From assembly GCA_951406725.2 (NCBI GenBank), contig OX597814.1, positions 133,672,001-133,736,000 of the forward strand: a stretch of 64,000 nt of DNA. Direction: 5' to 3'. This DNA comes from Octopus vulgaris (taxonomy: Eukaryota). The notes beneath the pieces are model-generated. The model had not been told where the DNA came from, made no database searches, and saw only the letters and a program-made list of their open reading frames with translations. Position numbers and translations under genes: made by a program. Every line of letters begins with the position of its first letter. The first letter of the stretch is position 1. This document shows, one piece after another, positions 14,706 through 27,699 of this stretch.

Positions 14706-16399
14706 CTTCGAATTTTCTCTCATAACAATGTAGCTGCAATGTCGATAACGAAAATATTCATGAGATTTCCATTCTGCCAACGTTTTCTAAGTACTAAACT
14801 CCTATGTTATATGAGTGAAAATTATGTTCAAGGTATTACACTCATGTTATATGAGTGAAAATAAAGATTGCATTGTTGTTGTTGTTGTTGTTACTGTTAT
14901 TGAGGGTAGTGTTGTTGCTTTGCCGCAAATCAATTTTGATCGAGCACAGCTATGATCAAAACTATACGAGGTGGAATTATCTCGTTTTTTCACTAAGTAT
15001 GTAGGATTCCTTTCTCTAATATGTCCCCCTCGTTTTCAAGGACATTCGATGTATAATGTAAAATAGAAATGGTTGATATTTCTATTAAGTCAAGTGTCTG
15101 TTAAGATTCCATCGAAAGAGGATTTTATGAAATGTATGCAAGAAAGGGAGGTTATTGCATTACATAATAAGCAGCTTTAAATAATTTGATTTTGTTTTCA
15201 TTGTCTTAATTTTTCAATATATGTGTAAATATAACAATCGTTTACTAATGTCAATTAGCTAATTATCTAGAGAAACGTTTTATAGAAGATAAAACTTAGA
15301 AAATATAAAAATCAATATGATATATTTATTTCATATATGGCAACAATTTGAGAAAATGCTAAGTAATATGCAGAGTATTATATATGTACACAATGTGTAA
15401 ATGGCTTTTAGATACTTGGTGTAAATGCGTGTATATATGTATATTTGTAGCTGTGTATGGGTATGTGTTCGAAATATTCGTTGCATTTCCAAAAGTTATA
15501 ATTCCATCAATGCTCTGCACTAGTGGATAATGATCAGTTTACATTAGTGTATATATATATATATATCGTAAAGTACATTATATTCATTGTTGATGATCGA
15601 TATATATCATATATATTCCTTCAGGTATTCTCTAAAGGCCTGCACAAAATGGCTTTAAGCCAATCGGTATCCCAAATTATATTGTTCTAAAAGGTATATT
15701 TTGAAACAAGAAAATATTTATGATCATAGTTTTAGGGAAGTTATATTGAGCTATAATATAAATATAATCTCGTCGTTCTCTAGTGATGATAGATTAAACA
15801 GTTTATAACATTAGGTTCAATTTATACGACAGCTGTCATCGCATGAAACAAGAATTGAGTGTTTGAGTAATTACATTACTCTGACAACGAAGATACACAT
15901 ATAATTTTCTTGTTTTCAATGACAGTGACTGCATCTTTTCTTGGACTTGTATGCAAAGAACTTTCTTTCGGCTCCTTATTTTAGTGACTCTACGGAAAGA
16001 AGCACTGCCCAGATGAAGCCATTCTATATACGTTAATGATTTCTCATGTCTATATTCTGAACTGGTGGAGCAACGAAATGAAGACTGTTTTTAGAATTCA
16101 TGTACTAGTAGTTTTTGTGTTTCGTATTATAACTGCGTTTAATTCTTCACTTCACTCTTCAAATTTACATTTACTTTTTCTCTCTCTCAATGATTTTATG
16201 AAAGAAACAAATTATACACCGTTGTTATGTTATTGGATGCAAACTACACAGAAGGTACGCTAGCAAACAATTATGAAAATTGTAGTCAAAACTGAATATC
16301 TGTCCTTCATAAAAAATCTTAGTTCTTTGAGTTCGTTCCAATATAGAAAAAGACAAAGACTCAGCTAAGACATCGGTGTAAAGGGAGCTATCAGTAACA

Positions 16400-16915
16400 A
16401 AAGTGTGTATATGAGAGTAAAGATGAGCATGTTTATTATGTGAATGTGTTGTATGTATCCATGCTGATACGTGTGTTAACAGTGGGTATGCATTAGTAAT
16501 GAAAGACTGTATAGTGTGTCCTTAAATGGTAGAGCGTGTGGGTTTGATTCTGTAAAATGTTGTGTTTGTATATGTATGAGTGTAGTTAAGTATGAGAGTG
16601 TGATTAGATGTGATTCCTTGGTATGTATAGTATGTGCCTTTTGTGCTTATGTTGTATGTATTTTATGTTTGATATGTCTATGGTGCGTGTGCACATATAG
16701 ATGTCAATATGTACTCTATGTGTTACAAGTGTGTCTGTTTGTGCATATGGGTCTATATCTTTAGTTAAGTTTGAGCTTGAAACTATGTACATGTGAGGTG
16801 TACATACAATGTGACCTGTATGGGTTATGTGCATTAGGTGTATGTTGAAGTTGATGTTGTGTGTTGTCTATATTACTGTAAGTATCCACACTTGCGTCGC
16901 AGTTTGTGTAAGGCA

Positions 16916-16962
<47 letters not shown>
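16400..16962. repeat. Degenerate TG-rich low-complexity tract ending in (TG)n
   Basis: Read directly from the sequence. Confidence 0.8.
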
Positions 16963-16964
<2 letters not shown>

Positions 16965-18661
16965 AGACATCTGTAACTATGAAAAAAAAACAATCCCGTT
17001 GTTTAAACTACACGTGTTGTTCAAAGGAGAAAATATTCTTTTTTATATTCACGTTGCAACTCGGTTATGGAAGTATTCTGTGAAACAGTACGTGAGACGA
17101 AAACGTGCAGGAATTATATTTCGATGAAACAAAGCTGCAACAGAGTCCTTTAACCATCCCGTTGATGTTCGCTAAAAGTAATAAGCTGGCTTGATCATAA
17201 GCGTTATTTCAAGGAATTAATCTGGGGACAGGTTGCAGAAAATCTAATCGTAGTCCATCGTTTCTGTGTTGAGTCAATAAGAGAGCCTTTATGAAGCAGT
17301 ACGACCTGCTCGAAACAGCAGCAACATCTCTCTTCAACCCCAGTTCAAAAGACAGAAAGAAGACATTGCAAGTTACACTCTGATGAACGAAAATAGAAAG
17401 TTTACGTACGAAGCATCCTTAATCTGGTGTGCTCTTGATTAGAGTAAACCTAGGGTTTAAATAATAATAATTAGAACACCAACAACAATAGGTTCGTGGA
17501 AATAAACACCTCAACTTTTGGTTTGGGTTGACGATAAGTTTTTGATTAATAGTTAAGCCACTATTTAATTTTGACGTTTATAATGCGGTGAACATTTGGA
17601 CATTGTATTATAATTAAAAACACCAATTTCAATTAACTGAAAATTTTCAAAGGAAATTAGTGAAAGTCGACATCGTAAATAATTGCTAAAGAAAATTCTG
17701 AAGATAAGTCGAGCATCAATACGCTTGATTGCCGTGCAGAGTCGAGAATCTAAACTCTTAACCTAAAAAACCTTGCCTTTCTCACTCCTTCCGGCAACCG
17801 ACCATATTGACATTTAATAAGATTTTGTGGAATGAATTAGAAAACGCAAGATGTAAACACGCTACGAGAAGGCATCGATTTGTACATTCTATTCCAGGAA
17901 GAAAATGTTGATTTCTTAAGTAGGAATATGGTCAAACATTTTTAAGTGGTAGTGTAATCCATTGAATCTACCCTAGAACATCACTGAGGCTAATTTTATC
18001 GATTGTACAAGGATGAAAGGCAAAGTTTGCACAAGCAAACATTTAGCAGAGAATGCAACATTTTGCATCTAATGCATTCGTCCATCATTCTGCTGCTGGT
18101 TGTAAACTGTATAAACATCATGTGACAAATTTCCATTACTTTTCCGCCAGAAAAGAAAACAGTTGCACCAATTAAAATTTTTTTAATATTTAGACATTGT
18201 TCTGACAATATTCCGCAGATATTACTAATGCGTCGCTTTCTTCTCTTATCTTTGTTTTCCTTTTATTGTTCTATACTTGGGAGGTTCTATAATTAGTCAT
18301 TATTGATACTTAAAAGACACTTGAATGATAAGCTTAAGCGACTTCCCAAATATGATGCACACATTTCAATACATTAAATTAATAAATTCTTTTGAATCTC
18401 TTATAATGTATCATGAACATACAGAAGAACAATAGAAGAAAATATATTGCTTAAATTTATCTTTGAATTAACCTTCGTAACATTTTAAAATACTCTCAAA
18501 TAATATTTTCCTATGTGACGACTCAAGAGTTGTATAACTGGTGTATAAATACTTTTACACATTTGATGATATAATTTGAATACTGCGATGAGATATAAAA
18601 AGATATGCATAGTCAAAATTGCAAACTGGTATGACCTTGTAGAATGTAACATGCATTTGCC

Positions 18662-18735
<74 letters not shown>

Positions 18736-18744
18736 TATGTACTT

Positions 18745-19378
18745 TTAAGTTTCCATCTACGAAACGCATAAACGAGCCTTTGGTCCAGACGGAATTTTTT
18801 CCCACGAGAGTTCCAGACCCCAGTTTGCATACAGCCAATCAAAGCTCAACTATCAAACTAATTTATGAGCACATAAGTAATGGGTGATAAGATAAGGTCA
18901 TTTGGGTAAGGAATAACCATGCTTCTTTTCTTTTCTCTTTTGAAAATGCTTCTGTTCTTGTTCTTGTTTCAACCATGAGTGAGGGGAAAGAGTTGCTAGC
19001 ACATCACCCTCTTGCTCACATTTTTTCCATCCACATCTTTACCATATAGAGCCCTAACAAAATCCGATAATAGGTAAGATGCAAATCTTTCAAATTACTT
19101 GTTTCCTTTAAAATCAGGTATAACTTGGCGATCGGTCGACTCACAACACCGTTCTTCATCTTACGTTTACTTGGTAGAGTGTGTTTGTTAACTTCACAAC
19201 AAGGTCAAGGCAAGCTTTAATTGGCTGTATTCAAATTAGTCCATTACTGGGGTCCAGAACTCTCGTGGGAAAATTCTCGGCCCGGACTGAAGTAGAAGAC
19301 ACTTGGCGCCGTGCTGAGGGACTGAACATGGAACAATATGATCGGGAAGCAAACTTCTTACCACTCAGCTATGCCAAT
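18745..19378 (-). mobile_element. SINE head split by a nested MITE
   Basis: 18745-18790 and 19279-19378 rejoin into the SINE head seen at 23898-24055. Confidence 0.65.
18791..19278. mobile_element. Non-autonomous TIR element, Mutator-like (putative 9-bp TSD)
   Basis: TIRs gaattttttcccacgagagttccagaccccagt / actggggtccagaactctcgtgggaaaattc; flanks ggtccagac / ggcccggac (7 of 9 match). Confidence 0.65.
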
Positions 19379-19391
19379 ATGTATGAAGGTA

Positions 19392-19427
<36 letters not shown>

Positions 19428-19433
19428 TATATT

Positions 19434-20269
19434 ACATGGAAAAAGGCGAGCAACAGAAATAATATTTTAGGATTATAAACCTGGAGAATTACAAGACATG
19501 TTATTACACTTGGAAATGTTCAGGGCAACTTATTACATCTGGAAAAGTACAGAAAAAAAAATTTTTACTTAAAATATTGCAACTAAGGATAAAATTCCAA
19601 ATAAAATATTTAGATTTAGAAAATAGCCTTTATTAAAACTAAAAGTTATACCGTCTATTTGTTATTACTTGTTACTTCTATTGAAAATTAAAAATAGCTC
19701 AAAATATTTTTTGCACTTTAAAAAAATTCATTTTTTTAATTATTAATTAATAATTAGAAATTTGAAAATAGGTTATAAAAATAACAGTAATTCTTAGTAC
19801 AATAAAAAGAATAATACAAAGAGTAGTTATATATTACAGTAAAATTTACCTATAACAACAAATTCACAGTAAAGTTATTGTCAAGTCTTCACATTTATAG
19901 TCTTGACCCAATGCCTATTTTTTACATAATGAATTTGCCTATCATATATAGTATTCTACTTTGCATAAAACTTTAGCTATATTGATACTTCTGGCTCTAA
20001 TTTTTAAAGTATTCTAGTGTGACAGTATTTTTAAAAAATGGTGGTACCTATTTTTAATTATAATGTTACTTTGTAAATTAAAATCAAATAATTTTTGATA
20101 TTAAAATTTTAACCTTAGCTGCAATATTGCAAGTAAGAATTTTCTCGTCCTATACTTTGCCAGATGTAATAAGTTGTCCTGAATTTTTCCAAATGTAATA
20201 ACTTGTCCTATGATTTTCCAGGTATATAATCATAAGAATATTATTTCTCTTGCTCGCATTTTTCCATGG
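19434..20269. mobile_element. Foldback/MITE-like element with diverged ~170-bp terminal inverted repeats
   Basis: catggaaaaaggcgagcaacagaaataatatt... pairs with ...aatattatttctcttgctcgcatttttccatg; AT-rich non-coding core. Confidence 0.65.
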
Positions 20270-20899
20270 AATCCATGTTTTTCCAGGTTATGCTATTATT
20301 TAATTAATAATGTGTCAAATGTGTTAATTAGCGGTGTTGTTGATAAGTTTGTCCTTACCTCAATGACGCCGGAGACATATTTTAAAATTCGCTTTATAGA
20401 ACTATATTCATAACAATTTTAGAACTACATTATCAAACTGAAATTCGAGAAACAAACACTCATAAATTTTTTCTTTTAAAACTTAATTGCATAAGAGTGA
20501 TACCATGAAAATCTTCGATTAGAGCTCTATATATCAGTTAAGCTTAATTAAAATATAGTTTGTTTTTAAAATTAAAAAAAAAATAGTTATACTTAAATCC
20601 AATCAATTTCGTTACATTTTGTTGATGATATTTCACATCACAACTTCTTTTATACAAATTTTTGTTGCATGAGGACAAAACTATGAAATTCTTCGTGCTT
20701 TCATCTATCATTGAAGCTAAGATAAATATATTTTTCTTTAAAAATAAAATTAAAATTATTCAGATTTATACTTGATTGGTGGCGTTACTTACTCTCCTAT
20801 AATGTTGTTAGAAATTTTAATGTAAATTCTTTTCTACTGGATCAAATGTCAATTTCTTTTTATGCCAAAATATAGCTAGGGACCAATCCACTTCAAAGA

Positions 20900-21363
20900 T
20901 GTTAACAGTTTTCAATTTGGTTAAGAACTGAATTAGCAACAAGCTCTGAAATATGCTGCGCGTATAGAAACAGAGAGAGAGTAATAAGTAGGTATAAACA
21001 CATGAACAAAAAAATAAATAAAAACAAATTAAATGAACTTGTATAAACAGCAGATACAGATAATACAGGCACTCTCCCACACACATAGCCACACATAGGG
21101 GTATACGCATGCGCAAATAAAGACACCTATAATAAGAATACAAAATACAAAATGGCTGATTGTTAGTAAGGAAAGACACACAAATAAGAAAGAAGAAAGC
21201 AAAGCACAACTGATGAGGTCACAGAAGTGTGACGAAAGAACTCTGACCGAAATACTATTAATGTAAAAAATAAAATAAAGCTGAAGCAAAGTAACACCAC
21301 GTGTTAAACAACGTGTGTTTTTATTGTCTAAACTGGCAACATGACCATCCCCAAATACAACAA
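20900..21363 (+). mobile_element. PLE-like 3' end: hammerhead core, AATAAA, then (TA)n
   Basis: ctgatga-ggtca..tgacc-gaaa at 21210-21252; stems I and III are eroded. The left boundary is a guess. Confidence 0.55.
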
Positions 21364-23058
21364 TATATATATATATATATATATAATACCAGTTTTTCTT
21401 ATTCACTTTCGGAAAAAAAGAGTTCTCTATACCGTGGTAGAGATTATTCATATTTTATTTTGGTCGGGTTAGTCTCTTGCTACCGTGAGATTCATCTGTC
21501 AGTACACAGGATCTTCAAGCAAGCTGCAACTTGACTCACTCACAAATTTCCTGAGGATCCTGTGTACCTACATGTGTGTCCCGACGAAATGAAAATGTGT
21601 GTCTATATGTATAAGTAGATATATATCTTTTTATGTGTATGTATGGCTGTGTATGTGTATAACTATTTATATTGATTATATACCATAGTAATCTTCAATA
21701 ACAATTTAGAACTTGAAGTTATGATTTACTGGTAATAAATACACGTCATTTTCAAATCAACGTTGTCTTTATTTTTAAAGTAATTTGAAATGATCTTAAG
21801 GACTTATTTCAATGAATATGAATGCCGTTCCTACATTATTATTGCAAAGAAGAAACTCCGAAAAAATTTCTTAGGAAATGCATTCATATGAAAAGCATTT
21901 TCTTTTAACTGAACTATCACAAAGCTTGCATAAACTATGTTCTACAGATTCGAAGAATCGTTCTTTCTATGCAGGAAACGGAATACAGTAGTCAATATTC
22001 AAGCTTGAAGACTTATTTTCTATATTCAATTTTCCTAAAATAAGTCGTTTTCCTTATAAGGCTGAGATAATTCTATTTAATACCAGTTCAGAGCACGCTA
22101 TATTCCTTTGTTTTATTGCTTTTATCTGTTTTTGTTGTTTGTTTTTTTTGTGCTTGTAATACATTAGGAAATATAAAGAGAATTATAAATATTACATAAG
22201 ATGCGAATATGTTCAGGACCTCTAAGGAAATGCCATGCAACTTCATGGATTAATTAATGTAATAGATCACGTGTTTATACTCAAATGTATATATACACAT
22301 ACACAGATATACACATGCACGCACAATCACACGAAAAATATATGCAAGGATGTGTGCGTGTGTCTGACATTTTTGTGTGTATGAATATATGTAAACACAC
22401 ACATAGACACAAATATATATTGCAAGTACACATAATTGCAACATCCACTGTGCAATAAAACTGACATACATGAACAATACATTTATATAAAATTCAGGAA
22501 ACATAGAAGATAAAAAGCTTATGTAGTATAAAGGCATGGAATTAAATCCCATCTATGACATTTACACCATCAAGTCATCAGGTGCATAATGCAAAATATT
22601 TTTCCTTGCCTATGGGAACTATGAATAAATCCATATCATACATGTATTTAACCGAGATACGCAATTGTCAATTATTGTTTAATAATATATGACCTCTACA
22701 CACTTAAATACGTTTTAAAACTTCATTGTCCTTACTTCAACTCAAGTTTTCTGCCTTTTCAAACTTGGCCTTTCAGATTCTAAACATATTCTGCTTAAAA
22801 CTCCTAATACAACTTCTGTAAATGGCAATGATTTATTATGCAAAAATAGCAGTAAGCATTGTTTACTAAATCGACTAAGGTTATTTTAAATACTACGTTC
22901 ACATCTTGCCATGATGTTTTCTTCAGGAAAATTGTTACTGCTTATAAAAGACCACACCAGTAAATGTAGTACCATTAAAATTTGTCTACATTGGAACCGT
23001 TGTTTAAAAGAAACTTAGAAGAATTTGTCAGTTTTCAGTTAATACTTCCTAAATTATA

Positions 23059-23128
23059 GGCGGTGCTCCAGCATGGCCGCAGTCAAATGACTGAAACAAG
23101 TAAAAGAGTAAAAGAGAGAGAGAGAGTA
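23059..23128 (+). mobile_element. Isolated SINE/LINE 3' tail
   Basis: ggcggtgctccagcatggccgcagtcaaatgactgaaacaagtaaaagagtaaaag. Confidence 0.75.
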
Positions 23129-23299
23129 AATGTAATTTGATGGTTCTTAAGCTTTCTCAAAATTCAAATTCCTGTCATTCCCTGCTTCCATAAAATATTT
23201 TCCCTGTTTGGATTGTTTCAACAAATGTAAGGTAAAATGGATGCATACTGTGTTTGCTTTAAACGGATATCAATATTCTATATCTTTGATGTTATATCT

Positions 23300-23539
23300 T
23301 TTACTTGTTTAGTCATTAGACTGCGGTCATACTGGTGCACCGCCTTGAAGAATTTTTTAGTGGAAAGAGTTGACCACAGTAGTTATATTTTTAAGCATGG
23401 AACTTATTCTATCGATCTCTTTTGCCGAAGCACTAATCTGTGGAGACGCAAACACACAAATACTGGTTGTCAAGTAGTGGTGAGGGACAAACACAGACAC
23501 AAAACACACACATAGATGCGCGCGTGTGCAAACAAACAC

Positions 23540-23623
<84 letters not shown>

Positions 23624-23828
23624 GTCACCAGTCGCCATGATAAGATTGTTAGCCACTGAACACAATTTTCCTCCCCTTGTTTGTCTCCTTGTTTTTCCTG
23701 TGTCCCTTTCTGTAGAAGAGCGTAGGCTCGAAACGTAAAATACTTTTTTCTATTCCTGAGCGTTATACTAATACATCTGTTTGTTTTGTACACCACCTGT
23801 CTTCGTCTTTTGTTTTTTCGTAAACTCT

Positions 23829-23896
<68 letters not shown>

Positions 23897-24055
23897 TTAC
23901 GATGAGCTTCTTTCAGTTTCCATCCACCACATCCACTCAGCAAACTACGTTCAGCCCGAGGCTAGAGTAGAAGACACCTGCCCAAGGTGCCACGCAGAGG
24001 GACTCAACCCAGACTCATGTTGTTGGGAATCAAACCTCTTACCACATAGTCACGT
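23300..24055 (-). mobile_element. Bipartite SINE with a PLE pseudo-LTR (23621-23832) nested in its internal (TA)n
   Basis: Body 23300-23515, (TA)n, insert with degenerate hammerhead 23707-23740, (TA)n, head 23898-24055. Confidence 0.75.
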
Positions 24056-24680
24056 CTTTATTACGGAAGTTTTGTTCGAGTGAAACATTGCTGAAAGTGA
24101 AAATTATTACTTTAATAGCGTTAATCTCGACATTCTATTCAATCGACAATAAATAAATTCTGAATATCCTGCTGTTATATCAAATAAAAACAATACCGAA
24201 TTTTAAATTTATATTTGAACTATTTGCACTTGACCTCTCTGAGAATATTATCCGATAATTTAATACAAATGAGGCGCCATATATTATTATATACCAAAAT
24301 TATTTTTTCAGTTTGGCTACACCAATTTCATTATTGCAAATAGCAATGGCTTTATGAAAACCTGTAAATACGAAGAATTTAACGAAAATAGTATATTCGT
24401 AATTGTATATTTTATCTTGGATATAGATTTTAAAAAAAACTTTCATACATGTGTGTGCGCGTGTGCTTGCGTGTATGTATATATGTACGTGTGTTTGCGT
24501 GTATGTATATATGTACGTGTGTTTGCGTATATATATATATATATACATATAGATATATATATATACATATATATATATACATATATATATATATATGTAT
24601 GTGTGTATGTGTGTATGTATGTATGTATGTATATATGTACGTGTGTTTGCGTGTATGTATATATATATATATATATACAT

Positions 24681-25575
24681 AGAAGGTTGTGTGATATGGC
24701 CGTTCACAGAGTGACCATTGGTTTCGCACCTATAAAGCGCTTAGCAGTGAAGGCGTCTCCTGGGACTCAAATGGCCGAGGTAGAAAAATCTCTCTACAGC
24801 TGAAAGATGGCAAAAATCAGACCTGGCGAAGATGTCTGAGCCTGGCGCTCGAAAAATGGGGAATTACAAGTTCCAACCGAAATTTCCTCTGAAAAAGGAC
24901 ACTCATGAAATACCTCTTTTTTTTTTAAGTTTAAAAACATTTCCGAGCCAAGTGAGGTTTTCAGGATTCTTGCTCTTTTGGCCAAGAAAAGCTAAAATGT
25001 TTCGCTCCCGTTGAGATATGGCTGCGGTCTTTCACGGAATTTCCATTTAATTATGAATGGCGTACGCCCCACTTTTAAACACTATACGTAGTTGGCCAGC
25101 AGCTGTTTTCCACCCTAATGAGTTCCTGTGGATGCTTAGACGATGCTTGAACGGATCACTTGTAGAATTGTAGAATTTACGCCTATTTAATCTTGTACTG
25201 GTGGTGTTAAAGCTACTGATGTTGGTTTCGTTTTTGCCGCCGATACTGCTGACACTGCCGGGCCCGTTGCTTGTGGTGCGACTGGTAACACTGACGTTGT
25301 TGCTAGTACTGCAGGAAGCGCCCCTGGGTCGCAGCTGTTGCCAACAAGGTCGCTGTTGCTGTTTTCGAAACAGTTATATATCGCCATGATTGACTGCTAA
25401 ACCCACAAGTTTTTTTTTTTAAATTCTTTCTGTTTATTTCCTCGTGTTTCTTTCTGTTGAAGAGCGTAGGCTCGAAATGTAAAATACTTTCTCACCTTCC
25501 CGGGCGTCAAACTAATATACCTGCTTGTTGCATATACATTTGTCTTCGTCTTTTGTTTTTCTGTAAACATCAACT
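24681..25575. mobile_element. (TA)n-flanked cassette ending in a pseudo-LTR of the 23621-23832 family
   Basis: 25380-25575 aligns with 23630-23832, including agagcgtaggctcgaaa. Confidence 0.6.
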
Positions 25576-25602
25576 ATATATCTATATATATATATATATA
25601 TA

Positions 25603-25846
25603 GGCTGCAATAGGCAGTATTTAGGCCATACAAAAAATAGCTTACGTAAAAGGATGGCGGTGCATAAATCCCAAATTAGAAACCCTGAATACTGGAAAAT
25701 ACCGGTCAGCGGACACATAGATAGATGTGCTACAAATGAAAATCCGAAATTTAAAACTTACCCACTTTACAAATTCAGCGTAACCTTCACCCAACGCCAA
25801 AATAAAGAACTTTATTTCATCAAAAAAATTTAGACCAAGTTTGAAC
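25603..25846 (+). pseudogene. GIY-YIG endonuclease fragment
   Basis: GCNRQYLGHTKNSLRKRMAVHKSQIRNPEYWKIPVSGHIDRC..FKTYPLYKF..RQNKELYFIKK/(+1 frameshift)FRPSLN. Confidence 0.83.
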
Positions 25847-26826
25847 CCCCCCTGGCCAGGAATATTAAAACAAAACATTGGTCTTCCGAAAAGGAAAAAT
25901 GAAATTCTACCACAACCACCACGACCACTACGACTGCTTCCACTAGCAGCACCACTACTACAACCACCGTGGTCACTACTATTGCTGCTACGGCCACAGT
26001 GTGAGAATTAAAATAGTAAAAAAAGGGTGGAGGTTGGGGGAATTACAATTTCTCAGATCTTTAAACAGTCACTCCCGCTTGCAGTGATATGTTTTAGGGA
26101 AAGATGAATTTATAAAGGAATTTTTTTCTGCGAGCAGATCTGATTTTGATTCGTTAAAAAATTGATGACGTTTTTCTTCCGTGGTCAAGCTTGTCGTTCT
26201 GCTTGGTTGGTTTCCTTACAGGATACAGTTATGGGTCTTTTCCTTGTATTCGTTGAAGTTTGGTTTTGATTGGTTTGGAATTATGTGACGTCAGTGAGCA
26301 GTGCCAGTGAACCGACCACTACTGCTACTGCTGCTGCCACAGCTTAACTGCTACAACCCCAACCACCGACAAGGTTGCCAAAATTACGGCCAACAGTAAC
26401 AGCCACAGGTTACTACTACTACGACCAACAATCACTACTGTTGCTACCATTGGAACACAAGGTAACAAAAAAAGCGGTTCCTTTTGATACCAGCAAGAAA
26501 CAATAATGGACTTCTTCACTACACTCAACAGTAATATAGCGATTATACCAACTACCGACAAAACACCACCACATGGATTCTATTGAGAACAGTAAGAAAC
26601 GATTATGAACTTTTCTATTGCACCTTTTATAATATATTTGATAAGGTTCGTGTTTTCAAGAACATGGATTCTATTGAGACCAGTAAGAAACGATTATGAA
26701 CTTTTCCATTGCACGTTTTATAATATTTTTGATAAGGTTCGTTTTTCAAGAACCGAAACATGTAAAATTCATAAGAAGATTAAAATTTATCTAATATAGT
26801 GGCGTTTTCAAACTTCTTTTTTACAA

Positions 26827-26830
<4 letters not shown>
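25603..26830 (+). mobile_element. 5'-truncated PLE of a second lineage: GIY-YIG C-terminal half, low-complexity 3' region, degenerate hammerhead, (TA)n flanks
   Basis: GIY-YIG frame 25603-25846; ttgataa-ggttc..gaacc-gaaa-catgta at 26729-26764; ~92-bp tandem duplication 26572-26752. Confidence 0.78.
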
Positions 26831-26896
<66 letters not shown>

Positions 26897-26900
<4 letters not shown>

Positions 26901-27690
26901 CATTCAGGGATCGAGGTTTAGGAAGAAAGTTAGTTTCAAGTAATCCATAGTAAATATTTAAAACAATTTCCAGGGACAATAGCGGTTTATCGATATGGAA
27001 GGCTGTTGATTTATTCGTATCGAAGTCCGATAAATTGAAAAAAGTTGTTTTTATATTTCATGGTAGGCAATCAATCTTACCGGGTATGTGAATTAAAAGC
27101 AAGAGTTAAGACATGGAGTAGATAAGAAGGGGACTACATATGTTTCATAGCGAGCAGGACCTCGGAATGTGGTAAATATCCAAGCGAGGTGTATACCGCA
27201 AGCTAATCTTCAGGCCAATGATATCTTGATTAAATGAAAGCTTACATTGTCGTAAGGAAGTGCATGTAAATACACGGAATATTTATTCAGAATGCGTAGA
27301 GAGCACAGTAGGAGTGGAGAATATGAATGTAGAGGGAAATTAGGATTAAAGAAGGAAAAAGAAAAATACATAAGGGTGTGAGAAGAAAGAGGAATATAAG
27401 CAAGGCCATTTGATCGGTAGTATTCAATAGAGCTATTTAGGCCGAATCACGGAAATTAGCAAGGGGAAAGGTATTTGAAATTAGGATAATGTGGAGGGGA
27501 GAGGATGGGGAAATATTTTTGGTCAAGTGGACGAGGAAAACCTTATGCATGAAGAAAGCAAGATAGAATGGGCAAGAATCGTGGCGGCTACTACTAGCAA
27601 ACAATTAAGTAGTGCATATTGTGTGCAGTGAGCGTATTTATAGTATGAGGTAGTCGAAGTATATGTTGGCGTTTGTACTTGTAAGTTTAC
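26897..27690 (-). mobile_element. PLE pseudo-LTR/3' region starting at (TA)n
   Basis: Contains the hammerhead at 27132-27216; right boundary approximate. Confidence 0.6.
27132..27216 (-). ncRNA. Type I hammerhead motif, U-U variant at the base of stem II
   Basis: GGC-CUGAAGA-U-UAGC..GCUA-U-GAAA-C AUAU G-UA-GUC; palindromic loop 3. Confidence 0.68.
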
Positions 27691-27699
27691 AAAGGAGGT

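Noticed and set aside
17780-18240. Possible very old Tc1 transposase remnants (LWNELE..FVHSIPGR; GGKVM)
   Set aside because: Too degenerate, and the pieces lie on opposite strands; needs a profile search.
24705-24755. Hammerhead-like CUGCUAA-GCGC..GUGC-GAAAC on the minus strand
   Set aside because: Two core substitutions and no stem I; may be a relic but is not supportable.
25187-25389. Mucin-like Ala/Thr/Pro ORF
   Set aside because: Short low-complexity tract inside a (TA)n-flanked cassette, with no gene context.
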